64,000 nt of DNA from Lama glama (taxonomy: Eukaryota): the NCBI GenBank assembly GCA_028534125.1, contig CM052818.1, positions 45,262,001 to 45,326,000 on the forward strand, written 5' to 3'. This document shows, one piece after another, positions 50,019 to 61,000 of this stretch (position 1 is the stretch's first letter; every line of letters starts with the position of its first letter). The notes beneath the pieces were generated by a model. That model was given only the letters and a program-made list of their open reading frames with translations. It was not told the DNA's origin and searched no databases. Made by a program: the position numbers and the translations under genes.

Positions 50019-51867
50019 GTAAGCATACATTGACTTTTTTTTTTTTAATATTTGCTCTACATCTGATAACCAGTGCAGTTTTATTTAAAGACAGGGTTGC
50101 TTGGTTCCCAGGAGCAGGGTGCTGATGAAGCAACAAGTCTCTGGTTTGCTTTCCATGTGGTCCCACGGAGAGGCGGCTGTTCGCCACTGCAGGCTGTGCC
50201 CCTTACGCTCCGGTTCGGCCTGCTTTGGCGCTGACCATCGGGAGCTGGGTGCGAAGTCGCTGCTGGATTGCCTGCTCCCGGGGGTAGCGTGACAGCCACC
50301 CTCGTTCATCCTTGGCCAGTATGTTGTGGAGTCCCAGCTCCCTGCTGCTTATTAATTTATGACTGAATTACTTTCCCTGAGGCTTATTTCTCTCACTGGT
50401 GAAATGGAGATAGTAACACTTAGCTTGCCAACTTTATAGAGGTGCGGGTGAGGGTCCCATGAAACAACCTGCATGAAAACATGACCAACTTTAGAGATGT
50501 ATAGGGTCGTGTTCTGCGCATCCCGTATAGGAGCATTCAGTAAATATGCATTTTCTTTTTAAACTGCAGTACCTTTGAACCAGTGTCCTTCATACTTGTC
50601 AACAGTTTTTCTAGATTTGCATGTTTTAATTACAACACTGTTAAATACTCATGGTAGAAAACAAAGGATAAATGTGTCAAAAAAAAAAAAAGAATAATTA
50701 AAAAAGTGCCCTAAGTGCCTTCCGGTCACCTAATCCTACAGCCAGAGGGAACTCTTGAATGGCTTGCAGTGTTCTCTCTTTCTTGTTTTTCTGTGTCTGT
50801 GCAGGTATGTGTATGTGTTAATGATATGTTTTTTTAAAAGCTTTTCACAAAATTAAAATTATATTATACCGTGGTTCTTCTTTTGCTTTATTTGAAAAAA
50901 TAGAATGGCATATAATGTACATCTGTATACATTGGTACTTCTAATCACTACAAAGTTAAACTTATCTTTTTAAACTGATGGATAGGATCCCATTGTTTGA
51001 ATGTACTGCAGTTTATTAAACTAGTCCATAAGGAGGAAGTTTAGGTTTTCTTTATTCAGATTATTTTTATTTGAAAAGAGTAAGATTTGAAATGGGACAT
51101 GAGGTTGATTTGATGGAAATGCATAAACCACGTTGATTGTGTTATAATACTGTCATGCCCAAGTCAGGCCATTGAAACATTATCTTGCTAATTACTTCTC
51201 CTGGGATTATGAAGGAGAAATTTTAAAATAATTTTCTTGAAAAAAAATAGTTTTTTTATTGAATAGAGTCCCTAACAGAGCAAGCTGGGCTGTATACCAG
51301 GAAACATGCTCTGTAAGAAAAGTTCGGTTTGAAAAGGCTGCTCTTTCACCAGCTGTTTTAAGACCAGCCCTGAGACATGTCAGTCGGGGGCAGACCCCCT
51401 AGCCCAAAGGCTGGGTTCCTGAAATTCCTTGATTATTAGGGGCTTGAAATTTGGTATGTATTGTCAGACCAGACTTTAAAACTTCATTTTTAATTAATTT
51501 TTATTTTATATGTTGGGTTTTGATTTCTTCTGTGACAGTTATTGTAATACATATATTAAATATTTAATATTGATACAGTAATACTTGCTTATTTAAATTT
51601 TCCCATTTATATCAAAATATCTTTCATAACTCCTCCCTATTCCACCCCACCAGCCAAATCAAGGTCCAGTCAGGGGTGGTCCATCACATTTTAGCTGTTT
51701 TTTCTTAGCTATTCTTTTTTTCTTTTTTCTATTTTTAATTATAAAAGAAATGCAACTCATGATGAAACGTTCAGCAGTTCTAAAAAAGGGTATACGTAAA
51801 AAGTTAAATTCTTATTCCCCAGGAGATAATCAGTGTTAATAAGGCTTTTTTTGTTGTTGTTATTTGT

Positions 51868-52367
51868 NNNNNNNNNNNNNNNNNNNNNNNNNNNNNNNNN
51901 NNNNNNNNNNNNNNNNNNNNNNNNNNNNNNNNNNNNNNNNNNNNNNNNNNNNNNNNNNNNNNNNNNNNNNNNNNNNNNNNNNNNNNNNNNNNNNNNNNNN
52001 NNNNNNNNNNNNNNNNNNNNNNNNNNNNNNNNNNNNNNNNNNNNNNNNNNNNNNNNNNNNNNNNNNNNNNNNNNNNNNNNNNNNNNNNNNNNNNNNNNNN
52101 NNNNNNNNNNNNNNNNNNNNNNNNNNNNNNNNNNNNNNNNNNNNNNNNNNNNNNNNNNNNNNNNNNNNNNNNNNNNNNNNNNNNNNNNNNNNNNNNNNNN
52201 NNNNNNNNNNNNNNNNNNNNNNNNNNNNNNNNNNNNNNNNNNNNNNNNNNNNNNNNNNNNNNNNNNNNNNNNNNNNNNNNNNNNNNNNNNNNNNNNNNNN
52301 NNNNNNNNNNNNNNNNNNNNNNNNNNNNNNNNNNNNNNNNNNNNNNNNNNNNNNNNNNNNNNNNNNN
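51868..52367. other. Assembly gap (500 N), probably containing NOL10 exon 9
   Basis: Exactly 500 N; exon 8 and exon 10 are phase-incompatible. Confidence 0.9.
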
Positions 52368-53655
52368 TCAGCTTCTGATTTAAACAAATGTCTCACTACT
52401 AAACTAAAATCAGTTGCTGAAGAATGAGACTCTCAAGACATATCTATCTGAGATTGTGATTTTGTGATTGTTTTATGTAAAAATCCTTTCCTGTAAAAGC
52501 TCACTAAGTGGCTAAGCCAGTTGGGATTCCTTTCTGAAGTACTATGTAGAATGCCTTATTTATTTAGTTGCCGTGTCATTTTGTTAAAACAAACACACTG
52601 CAGGAACTTTTATTTCCAATTCTGTAGGATCTGGTGATGGAACCAGAAGTCCACCACTCCAGTTAACAGGCAGAAATACGTGCTTTGAATTTTGAGGTGG
52701 AGGGAAGCAATGTTTTTTTGATTTTTTTTTGTTCCTGTTTGCTGATATCTACGTTTAAAACAATTGGAAAAGTAATTCACACTTGAGGGATGAAAACGTC
52801 TAGATGCTTGAATTAAGTAAGACGTATAAGCGCCTCTCCTTTCTCCACTCACCAGAGTATAGTAACTCTTGCACCTGTGGTACATATGTTTTCAGATATT
52901 TTTATATGCTCATATTAGTACAAATACGGATTTATCACTCTCTTGTCGGGTCCTTGGCATAGGATTAGTTGCTGTAATCAGCTCAGGAATGCCTTTTCTC
53001 TGGGGTCTTGATAGTCAGGGAAGTGTCATTTTACTAGTATGAAATCAGGACTGTTGTCCACTTCTGACTTGTCATGCAGGACCCTGTCCACTGCAGAGCA
53101 TTGCTTTTGGTGCTGATACTCTTGGTTACTGAGTCAGAAGCATATTCCAAATACATAGCCATGAACATCCATCATTTTGTTACGTTTAGAGGTTCTAGCT
53201 CCCCATTTGGGGACTAGTTTTTATTTCAGCTTGACATAGCTGACTTTAGAAATGAAAATGGATATACCCATGCCTGAACATAAAATTATTTCCTCTTAAG
53301 CAAAAAAGGAGATGTTTCTGTAAATACCTTATCCTGGCTTAAATCACAATGAAAGATATTGTCATAGTGATCCTTTCCCATTGGTTTTATATTTTCAGAA
53401 CTTTTTTTTTATTTGTAGCTACTTTGAGAATACTTCTTACAGTTTTTAAAGACGATCATATACAGATTTTAAAGGTAGTTTATATTTATAAGTAATGGTT
53501 ATTTTTTATTTTAAGAAATTTCGGATACAATTACCTTTCAAATAGAGGACTAGAAATGTGATTTTCCCCATTATAACTGAATAGTAATAACGAATTTGTT
53601 ACTTGGAAGGAGGTTTGGCCATATATGCATGGAACACAAATATTTTGGTTTTCAG

Positions 53656-53734
53656 GATCAACAGTTTACCAACGATCTCTGCTTTGAAGTTTAACGGTGC
53701 CTTGACCATGGCGGTTGGAACATCCACGGGGCAG
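53656..53734 (+). CDS. NOL10: NOL10 exon 10 (79 nt; INSLPTISALKFNGALTMAVGTSTGQ)
   Basis: ttttcAG acceptor, CAG|GTAAAT donor; peptide visible in ORF 53603. Confidence 0.96.
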
Positions 53735-53989
53735 GTAAATATGTTTAAGTTGGAAACTTCACACTTAAGTTACTATTTCAGAGGCGTGTATGTATCATGG
53801 GAAGCATCCACATACCTGTTCACTGTGGAAACAGAAAATGAGGCGTTACTGTTTTGGCTGGAGTAGAGCGGGTACTTCAGAATGCTGTGTTCTTTCAGTA
53901 CCTTGAGAAATCTGGTTCTGGCCTGATGGTTGATCTGAGAGGCTCTCAAGCTGGAGCTGCAGTGGCATATGCCTCAAATGTTCTCTTGA

Positions 53990-54250
53990 GTGTGGTCTGG
54001 AACAAAGTTTCCTAGAGTGTGTGGAACAGAGAGAGTTCTATGGTCAAACAAGTTTGGAATTCTGTCAGATTCCTGTCCTTCGAGATTTACAGTGCATTTA
54101 AATATATATTGAAGGCTCTGAGAATTCCTGTAGACAGGAAATGTGTTCAATAAGTATTTCCGAAACTTATTTATCAAAGGGACCTTTGTTTTCACCTACT
54201 ACTCACTATTCAGCACATCCTATACAGTGAGCGGTCAGTGGACCATACCT
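53990..54250. mobile_element. hAT-Charlie DNA transposon remnant (MER103/MER112-like)
   Basis: ttctatggtcaaacaagtttgg..gaaggctctgagaattcctg..tatttccgaaacttattt. Confidence 0.5.
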
Positions 54251-54934
54251 CGGCATTTGCATCTTCAGCATCTAAGGAGTCAAATGAAATAGCTTCAGAG
54301 ATTTAATTTCACCTTTTCCCTCCCCTTCACGGCAGAGCCCACGCACTTGTAAGTTTGTTCTGACCTCAGCACAGGTGTGAGCCCTGCTTCCAGTAGAGTT
54401 GCTACCTCTGTCATCAGGGCCTAGAGAGGATCTGTCACCTGGGACTAAGTTCCAGCTTCACCAGGCCCCTTGCCTGTCGTAACAGGGCTCGGAGCCTTGC
54501 CTCCACCATCTGTCTTGAATCTGCCAGGACTACCTTCATTCTTGGTTCTGTCAGTAGCTGTGACAGTGCCTGGTACATAGGAGGCCCTCAGGGTATATGT
54601 TTGTTGAATTCACAAATGATATAAATTCTTGTGGACTTTCCCTTTTGGTTCCTGTCTTAGTGTATCTAAGTAGTTCTCAATCTTAGTGTGCCTAGAAATT
54701 ACTCTGGGGTTGAATTCATAAAACCATGTATTGTGAGGGTAATTTAAGAGATTTTTCTGGAGTATTTTTGCTGTTTGACTTTAGAATTTTTGTTCCCTGA
54801 GTAAAGGTATTCATTGTGTTGATAAAAAGGTAATGAAACATATAGCAGCCATTATTCTAAGTTTTAAAAGTTTCTTTTTAAGATAAAATATTTAGTTTGC
54901 TTAAACAGAAATAACTCTTTTTTTCCCCCTTTAG

Positions 54935-55084
54935 GTTTTATTGTATGATCTTCGGTCTGATAAGCCATTGCTAGTTAAGGACCACCAGTATGGGCTGCCC
55001 ATTAAGTCAATTCATTTCCAGGATTCCTTAGATTTGATTTTGTCTGCTGACTCCAGAATTGTCAAAATGTGGAATAAGAACTCA
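54935..55084 (+). CDS. NOL10: NOL10 exon 11 (150 nt; VLLYDLRSDKPLLVKDHQYGLPIKSIHFQDSLDLILSADSRIVKMWNKNS)
   Basis: Long pyrimidine tract and AG, donor GTATGT; WD40-like peptide. Confidence 0.97.
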
Positions 55085-55134
55085 GTATGTATTTTTTGTT
55101 GTTGTTAAAATTACTTATTTGCATATTTTCCTAA

Positions 55135-55315
55135 TTTTTTTTTCTTTTTTTTTAATTGAAGAATAGTCAGTTTACAATGTGTCAATTTCTGGTGTACATC
55201 ATAAAGTTTCAGTCACCCATGTACATGCATATATTTGTTTTCATATTCTTTTTATTCTAGGTTACTGCAAGATATTAGAGTCCCCTCTGCTCTACAGAAA
55301 AAACTTGTTTATCTG
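55135..55315 (-). mobile_element. Young L1 3' end fragment
   Basis: Poly-T followed by aattgaagaatagtcagtttacaatgtgtcaatttctggtgtac; closely matches the copy at 26.6 kb. Confidence 0.85.
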
Positions 55316-56083
55316 CCTAATGTTTCTTTTCTTTCTGTTGCCTGTTTTGAGTTATGTGGGTTCTTGAGAAAGAAATACTGGGTATCCATTTGGGAACTTA
55401 GTTGGAAGTTAGGTACTTCAGGATAGATAATACTCATATTCAAAGTAGTCAAGATTGTTTTCTTCCTGTTAAGACATTTTCCTGATTTGCTAAAACTGAC
55501 ATTCACTTTGACATGTTCAGTTAAGTAAGAAAGTAAATCATTGTTTAAAAAATTGATCTGTAAGAAACCCCTAGACCTTGAGGCTTTCTTACAACCTTAG
55601 GAAAGTTTTATAAGCCACTGCTGTTTCCATATCAGTATTATTATACACCTCAATTTCACACCCTTTCCCCATTGCAAACAATTGGATTTTAGATATGATA
55701 CCTTTACAATAATTTAGTGTTTTTCTTAAAAACAATATTTTTTAAGAGTAATTGATATTCTCTCCCCTTATGAAGTGTCCTTGAAAAAAGTAACAAAACC
55801 CTGTGCTGCTGACTTAATCTGCCTCTGCTTTTCCTTTTTCATTTGTTGATTACAAACTTAGCATCCTTAGTCAAAAAGTGTCACTTTTTAATATTCACTT
55901 TTGAGATGAAGTGGGTGGGGCGTCCAGCAGCCTCAGCACTGGTCACCAGAGGGCGAGCGTCAGTCTTCCCTGGGGTTGGGGGTGGGTAGAGTGTAGGCTC
56001 CTGTGCTCAGGGTGGAGATGCTGGCGACAGCCCCGTCATGGGTCAACCGCTGATCAGAATCCCTGGCTGCTTGGTCACCATAC

Positions 56084-56232
56084 TTTTTTTTTTTTTTTAA
56101 CATTTTTGTTGAGTTTTAGTCATTTTACAGTGCTGATTCAAATTCCAGTGTAGAGCATAATTTTTCAGTTATACGTGAACATACATATATTCATTGTCAC
56201 TTTTCTTTTTTGCTGTGAGCTACCACAAGACC
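56084..56232 (-). mobile_element. Young L1 3' end fragment (different subfamily)
   Basis: Poly-T followed by aacatttttgttgagttttagtcattttacagtg..caaattccagtgtagagca..gctaccacaaga. Confidence 0.7.
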
Positions 56233-57848
56233 TTTGGACCATTACTTTTGTTTTTAATTTTCATTTTGTTAACTCTCTAAGTATTACCCTTACTTCACGC
56301 CCTATCCTTTTCCCTCTGGATCTGTTGTGGAGATTCAGAGTTGTCCTTGGGGTGTGTGCTGTCTCTCAAGCCCTGTTTCCTTCATAGCTCCTGTGACAGT
56401 TTGTGTTAGGGAGCAGAGGGAGGGCTCTCACCTTTCCTCAGTTCTTGGAAGAATTACCCTGATGATCAGTCGCCCAGGAACTGACTTTGCTCCTTTGAGC
56501 TGGGAGGGTTCTGAGGGCTTTCTTAAGAAGATTCATGTGTCTTAGGCTCAAATTTTCTCAGCTGTTTTCTGATAATCCGAACTAATGTAATTTAAAACTA
56601 TTTTTTGTAATACTACAAAGACATTTTGTTTTTGAAAGTTCATAACATACTGATAAAGTAGAAGTTGTCCTTGACCTGGCTTCCATCCTGCCCAGAGGTC
56701 GTGACTTATTAGTGTGGATGTATCCTCCCAAGCCCTCTACCTGCTGCGTAGTTTTCCATAACGTGGATTTCTCTGAACTGTGGCACCTTTACTTTTTTCT
56801 TCCATGCTGTTATTATTATTTCCTTTTCCCCTTCCTTTCTTTTCCCTCTTCCATTTTTTGTTTCAATGAGAACTTGAGTTGAGAAGGAGGTAGCTGTGTG
56901 AGTTGCAGTGTTTGTTGTGAATTAGAATCTGGCTGCTGTTTTTCATTGAGCATGAAATTCGTTTTTTTAACTATTCCCCTCCTTTACCATGGAGCCTCTA
57001 ATAATGAGGAGCCTCTAATAAGTGCAAGACCTGGCAGACATTTTCAGCATGAGTTCTTGAAATCATGTTGTAGTTGCCACAGTAAGTTGCATTTTGGCGT
57101 TGTTGTAATGACTAAATACGCCCTTCTGACCAACACCCAGATTACTTGGTTTTGCTTGACTTCCTTCCCATGTTTATCTTTCTCATCACCTTTTTCCATT
57201 TCCATCTTCTCATCTTCTTTTTTATTTTACTTAACTTCTCTTAATTTTTAAAAATATAGCCCACTTCCCCCCACATTTAAAGCAAAAATATGTTAGCCTC
57301 CTCTGTGTAACAACTAACACTTCCTGTATTTGTAGGACTTTGTTTTCTATGTTCGTTATCTTATTTGCTCCCTCAGATCCTCGCTACCTAGGGATGGTGG
57401 ATACGGTCTTCATCTTACCATGCTGAGCATCTTTTTTGGTTTCTTTGAGGACAAGTTTAACTAGAATGTATTTTCCAGATTATGAGAATTTTTTTTAAGT
57501 TAATGTACAACTTTACTTTAAACTTTACCCTTTCCACTTGTGTAGACACTATCGTTAAAAGTTGGTATTTATTTTTTTTTGGATAAGTCACCTTTCCCCC
57601 TTGAGCCTCAGTTTCTTTGTCTCTAAAACAGAGAATTTAATAAACTGATACAACGAATTCCCTTAAGAATCTTTTTAGAGTCTATGATTTCAGTTGGGTA
57701 ATTTTATTTTTTCCCATAAGCGGGATGTAGTGGCGTTATGCCTCCAGTTTATTGTCTGTATATCACATTGCTGAAAGTTGTCTTCCTTCAACTGTTTCCT
57801 TTTTTTCCTTTAACTATTTTAATAATTCCTTTTCGCTTACTGTTTTAG

Positions 57849-57915
57849 GGAAAAATATTTACCTCCTTGGAGCCGGAACATGACCTTAATGACGTCTGCC
57901 TTTACCCCAACTCAG
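57849..57915 (+). CDS. NOL10: NOL10 exon 12 (67 nt; GKIFTSLEPEHDLNDVCLYPNS); the gene continues beyond the window
   Basis: ttttAG acceptor, CAG|GTATGC donor, phase consistent. Confidence 0.96.
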
Positions 57916-59034
57916 GTATGCATGCATAGCAGCGGGCCGTTCAGTGACAGAAACCTGCAGTACACTTTACTGGGGCTTAAACTCATTTTATTTCTCAAGA
58001 TGGGTTTTGGCTTGGTTAGGACAATTCTTGGATATTGTATTTACCTGAAAAATTAAGAACAGGAAGTGGTGTGGATGATTCAGAAAATGACACTCAGTGA
58101 CTCAGTCGTCAGCCTGCCTAGCAATTAGTAGGAGCTGGTTAGAGTCTGTGGGTCGGTGGCAGGTGAGGTGCTATTCTGGTGTGCACTCCAGCTCTTTTAC
58201 ATGATTAGTAATTGTGAGTGGAAGTTGACGTTCGGGATTTGGAGAAGGCTGGAGATGCCTGATGATACACAAGGCGTAGTATGAAGCCACGGGTTTGGTG
58301 TATTCTATGTTGTATGCTTTCAGTAAATGACATGGCAGGTTTCAGGGTTTAACGATACCTTCCAGGCAAGTCCGTACAGAATTTGGGGGGATAAGAGAAA
58401 ATGAGGACAGTTTCCACTCTTAGGCAGAGTTGTACTCTGAGTACAGATGAGCACGGATAATTTTGATAGACGGACACAAGGCAAAGCAAGGAAAGCTCTA
58501 TCATGTTCGTACGCACAGAACTGAGATGCATGAGAGAGAGAGGGAGGGGGTTCAGCCAAAGCCATGAGAGGTGAGCATAGAGGAGGCCTTTGCCCTGGGT
58601 TTGGAGCACCAGGTGAGATGTAGTCGGTGGAGTTGGGAGTGGTCCACGTGAGGGAACAGTGTGAGAAGGATGGGACAGGATGCAGCGCCATACATGGGGC
58701 TCATTTGAGGGAGCAGAGGAGCCTCGTGTGCCGGTGCCAGGGCGGCTCTGGGAGGAGTGGGGGGCCGCAGTGGGTGCACAGGCTGCGAGGTCTGGAAACG
58801 GCCCACTGAACAGCTTGGCTCTGTGTGTGGTCAGGACCCGCTCAGACTGTGCTTTCAGAAGGCAGTTCTGCTCACCGTGTAAAAGGCAGGTCACTCTTGA
58901 ACTAAAATGAGTAGGAAGTGACACTTTGAACTGAGATTGGGAGCACAGGGGAGAGAGCAAATTTGGAGAGAAAGAATATATTTTCTTGGAACATTTGAAT
59001 ATGAGGAGGCAGTGGGGCAGTGGCAGGGTCTGGC

Positions 59035-59190
59035 AGAGAGCCTTAAACCTGGCTGCCCACCAGCTTCACCTGGGAGCTTTTTAAAAAGTACAGATTCCTT
59101 GGCCCCGTACCAGCTGTACTGACTCAGAGTGTCCAGGGGGAGTGTTATTTATAAAAGGCATCCCAAGTGATTGTGAATCCCTGCCCTGCC
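59035..59190. mobile_element. MER5-like DNA transposon remnant
   Basis: ttaaacctggctgc..tcacctgggagctttttaaaaagtacagattcc..tcccaagtgattgtgaat. Confidence 0.7.
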
Positions 59191-59644
59191 CCACAGCTTT
59201 ACCCTGGGAGCCGCGTCCAGTGCACAGTGGAAAGGGTGGTCTCCAGAAAAGCAGGTCTGCAGACACAAAGTTTTAAGGCATGTAAATAGAGGTTATCGCA
59301 GAAGTGAAGGTTATCGCAGGGAGTGAAGGAGGTTAGCGGTGGGAAAAGTGTGGAGAAACAAGAAGAGAGCAGGACCTGAGCCCGCTCAGAGGGAGATGAG
59401 AAGGAAGAGCCAGCCAAGATGCTTCATACGAGTAGACAGGGTGAAGGTACAGGAACCAACAGTTGTCAAAGAGAGAAGCTGAGATGGGAGCGATTCTGTG
59501 GGTATTGCTCAGCGAGTATGAGTATCATGGACGTGGAGGCAGGAAGGAAAGAGCTCAGTTATTTAATGGTCTAAGTGATGGATGCTGTAATCTTAATTTT
59601 TCATTTCATCTTTTTATAACCCTGTATAGTTAGTAGTACATCTT

Positions 59645-59730
59645 TCCCTCCCCTCCCCTCCCCTCCCCTCTCCTCCCCTTCCCTTCCCCTCACTTCCCCT
59701 CCCCTCTCCTTTTCCTCCTCTCCCCTCCCT
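59645..59730. repeat. (CCCCT/CCCTT)n polypyrimidine repeat
   Basis: Read directly. Confidence 0.95.
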
Positions 59731-60169
59731 ACCCATCTTTCTTACATCTTAAGAGATGGGAAAAGTGACTTATTTGCCCAGGGCTGGCCTCGCAGCCGGC
59801 GTGTGGCAGTCTTGGTTAGAGCCAGCCGTTCCTGATTCCGGAGCCCGTGCTCTTTCTAACTACGCAGTACTCTCTGGAGAACGATAAGAAACTCTGGATC
59901 CTTGTCATTAGCTTTTCATCTGTGACAGTTGGGAAGATTTTATTGTAACAGTGGAGGTGAGTCAAATCATGATGAGTTCAGGAATTAATTGCAGGTGAGG
60001 CTGCTAGGGTTCTAGTTCTAGAGAATTGAATGGTCTAAAATGGGGTCTGGGCCAAGTACAAAGATGAGTAAAACCAGGTGAAGTTGCAGTTGGAACAAGA
60101 GTTTGGCTGGATTGAGGGAGAGTTTGAAGGGTGCAGATAATGATCAGAGAAAGAAGTTCTCGACCTGTT

Positions 60170-60485
60170 TGGGGCCACCAGCCACATGTGGCCACTGAGA
60201 ACTTGCAGTGTGACTCATCGGAATTGAAATGTGCTCTAAGTACAGAATACACATCAGATTTCAAAGACACTGAAAACAAAATGAAGTAGATCATTAATTT
60301 TTTATATTAGTTACATATTGAAATGAAAATATTTTGGACTATAATAAATATATTTATTATATTAATATAAATATAATAAATATATTAAAATTAATTTTAC
60401 CTGTTAAAAAATTTTAATGTGTCTATTAGGAAATTTTAAGTCACATATGTGGCTTGTATGATGTTTCTTTTTGGCAGCGCTGGTC
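60170..60485. mobile_element. MER33/MER3-like hAT DNA transposon remnant
   Basis: gccaccagccacatgtggccactgagaacttg..gaaatgtgctctaagt..atttcaaagac..cacatatgtggcttg..cagcgctg. Confidence 0.8.
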
Positions 60486-60559
60486 TAGACTTGGAGATGT
60501 TTAACAGCTTAGGATGCAGATTAAAAGTCAGCCACAGGCTGAGTGGAGCTTCATCTCCA

Positions 60560-61000
60560 CCAGGTGCCGCTTTAATCTCACCGGAGGAGAGACGTTCTTC
60601 TAGTATCAAAAATGCTTTTATCCCACCTAATAGGAAAACAGTCATCCTCTAGTCTTACCTTTCATTCAGTCCATTTTCAGATTTCCCTGATTGTCCCCTA
60701 GATGCCTTTTTTCGTCCATTTTTTGGAATTAGGCTATAACCAAGGTTGTGTATTACATTTAGTTGTTGTGTCTTTTGTTTCTTTCAATCCAGAATAGTCC
60801 CCCATCCTTTTTCCCCCCCTCCTTCATGGCAGAGTTTTCCAAGATCAGGTCTATAGTCTCGTAGGATGTCCCATGGATTTCTGTGATTGTTTTCCATGGT
60901 GGTTTAACTTGTTCCTCCAGCCTCTGTATTTTTCCAGAGTAGAAGTTAAATCTAATGCCCAGTGCACCGTAGGTTACATATTTTGGCCAGAAGTGGTGCA
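60560..61000 (-). mobile_element. Old L1MC-like fragment
   Basis: attttcagatttccctgattgtcccc..acatttagttgttgtgtcttt..tctttcaatccagaatagtcccc. Confidence 0.6.

Noticed and set aside
50095..50300. ORF containing 'LLDC' as candidate NOL10 exon 9; also weak resemblance to an ancient tRNA-derived SINE
   Set aside because: Only a 4-residue coincidence with no GRVECWDPR and no fitting splice sites; the SINE resemblance is too weak to call.
51833..52427. Poly-X ORFs
   Set aside because: Artefacts of the N gap.
52628..52696. Exon-like segment after ttctgtAG as candidate exon 9
   Set aside because: No frame matches the NOL10 peptide and there is no convincing donor.
56991..59340. Short 18-bp tandem duplications (56991-57021 and 59290-59340); also the 10-bp repeat near 2981-3006
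   Set aside because: Ordinary slippage duplications with no spacer architecture; not CRISPR-like.
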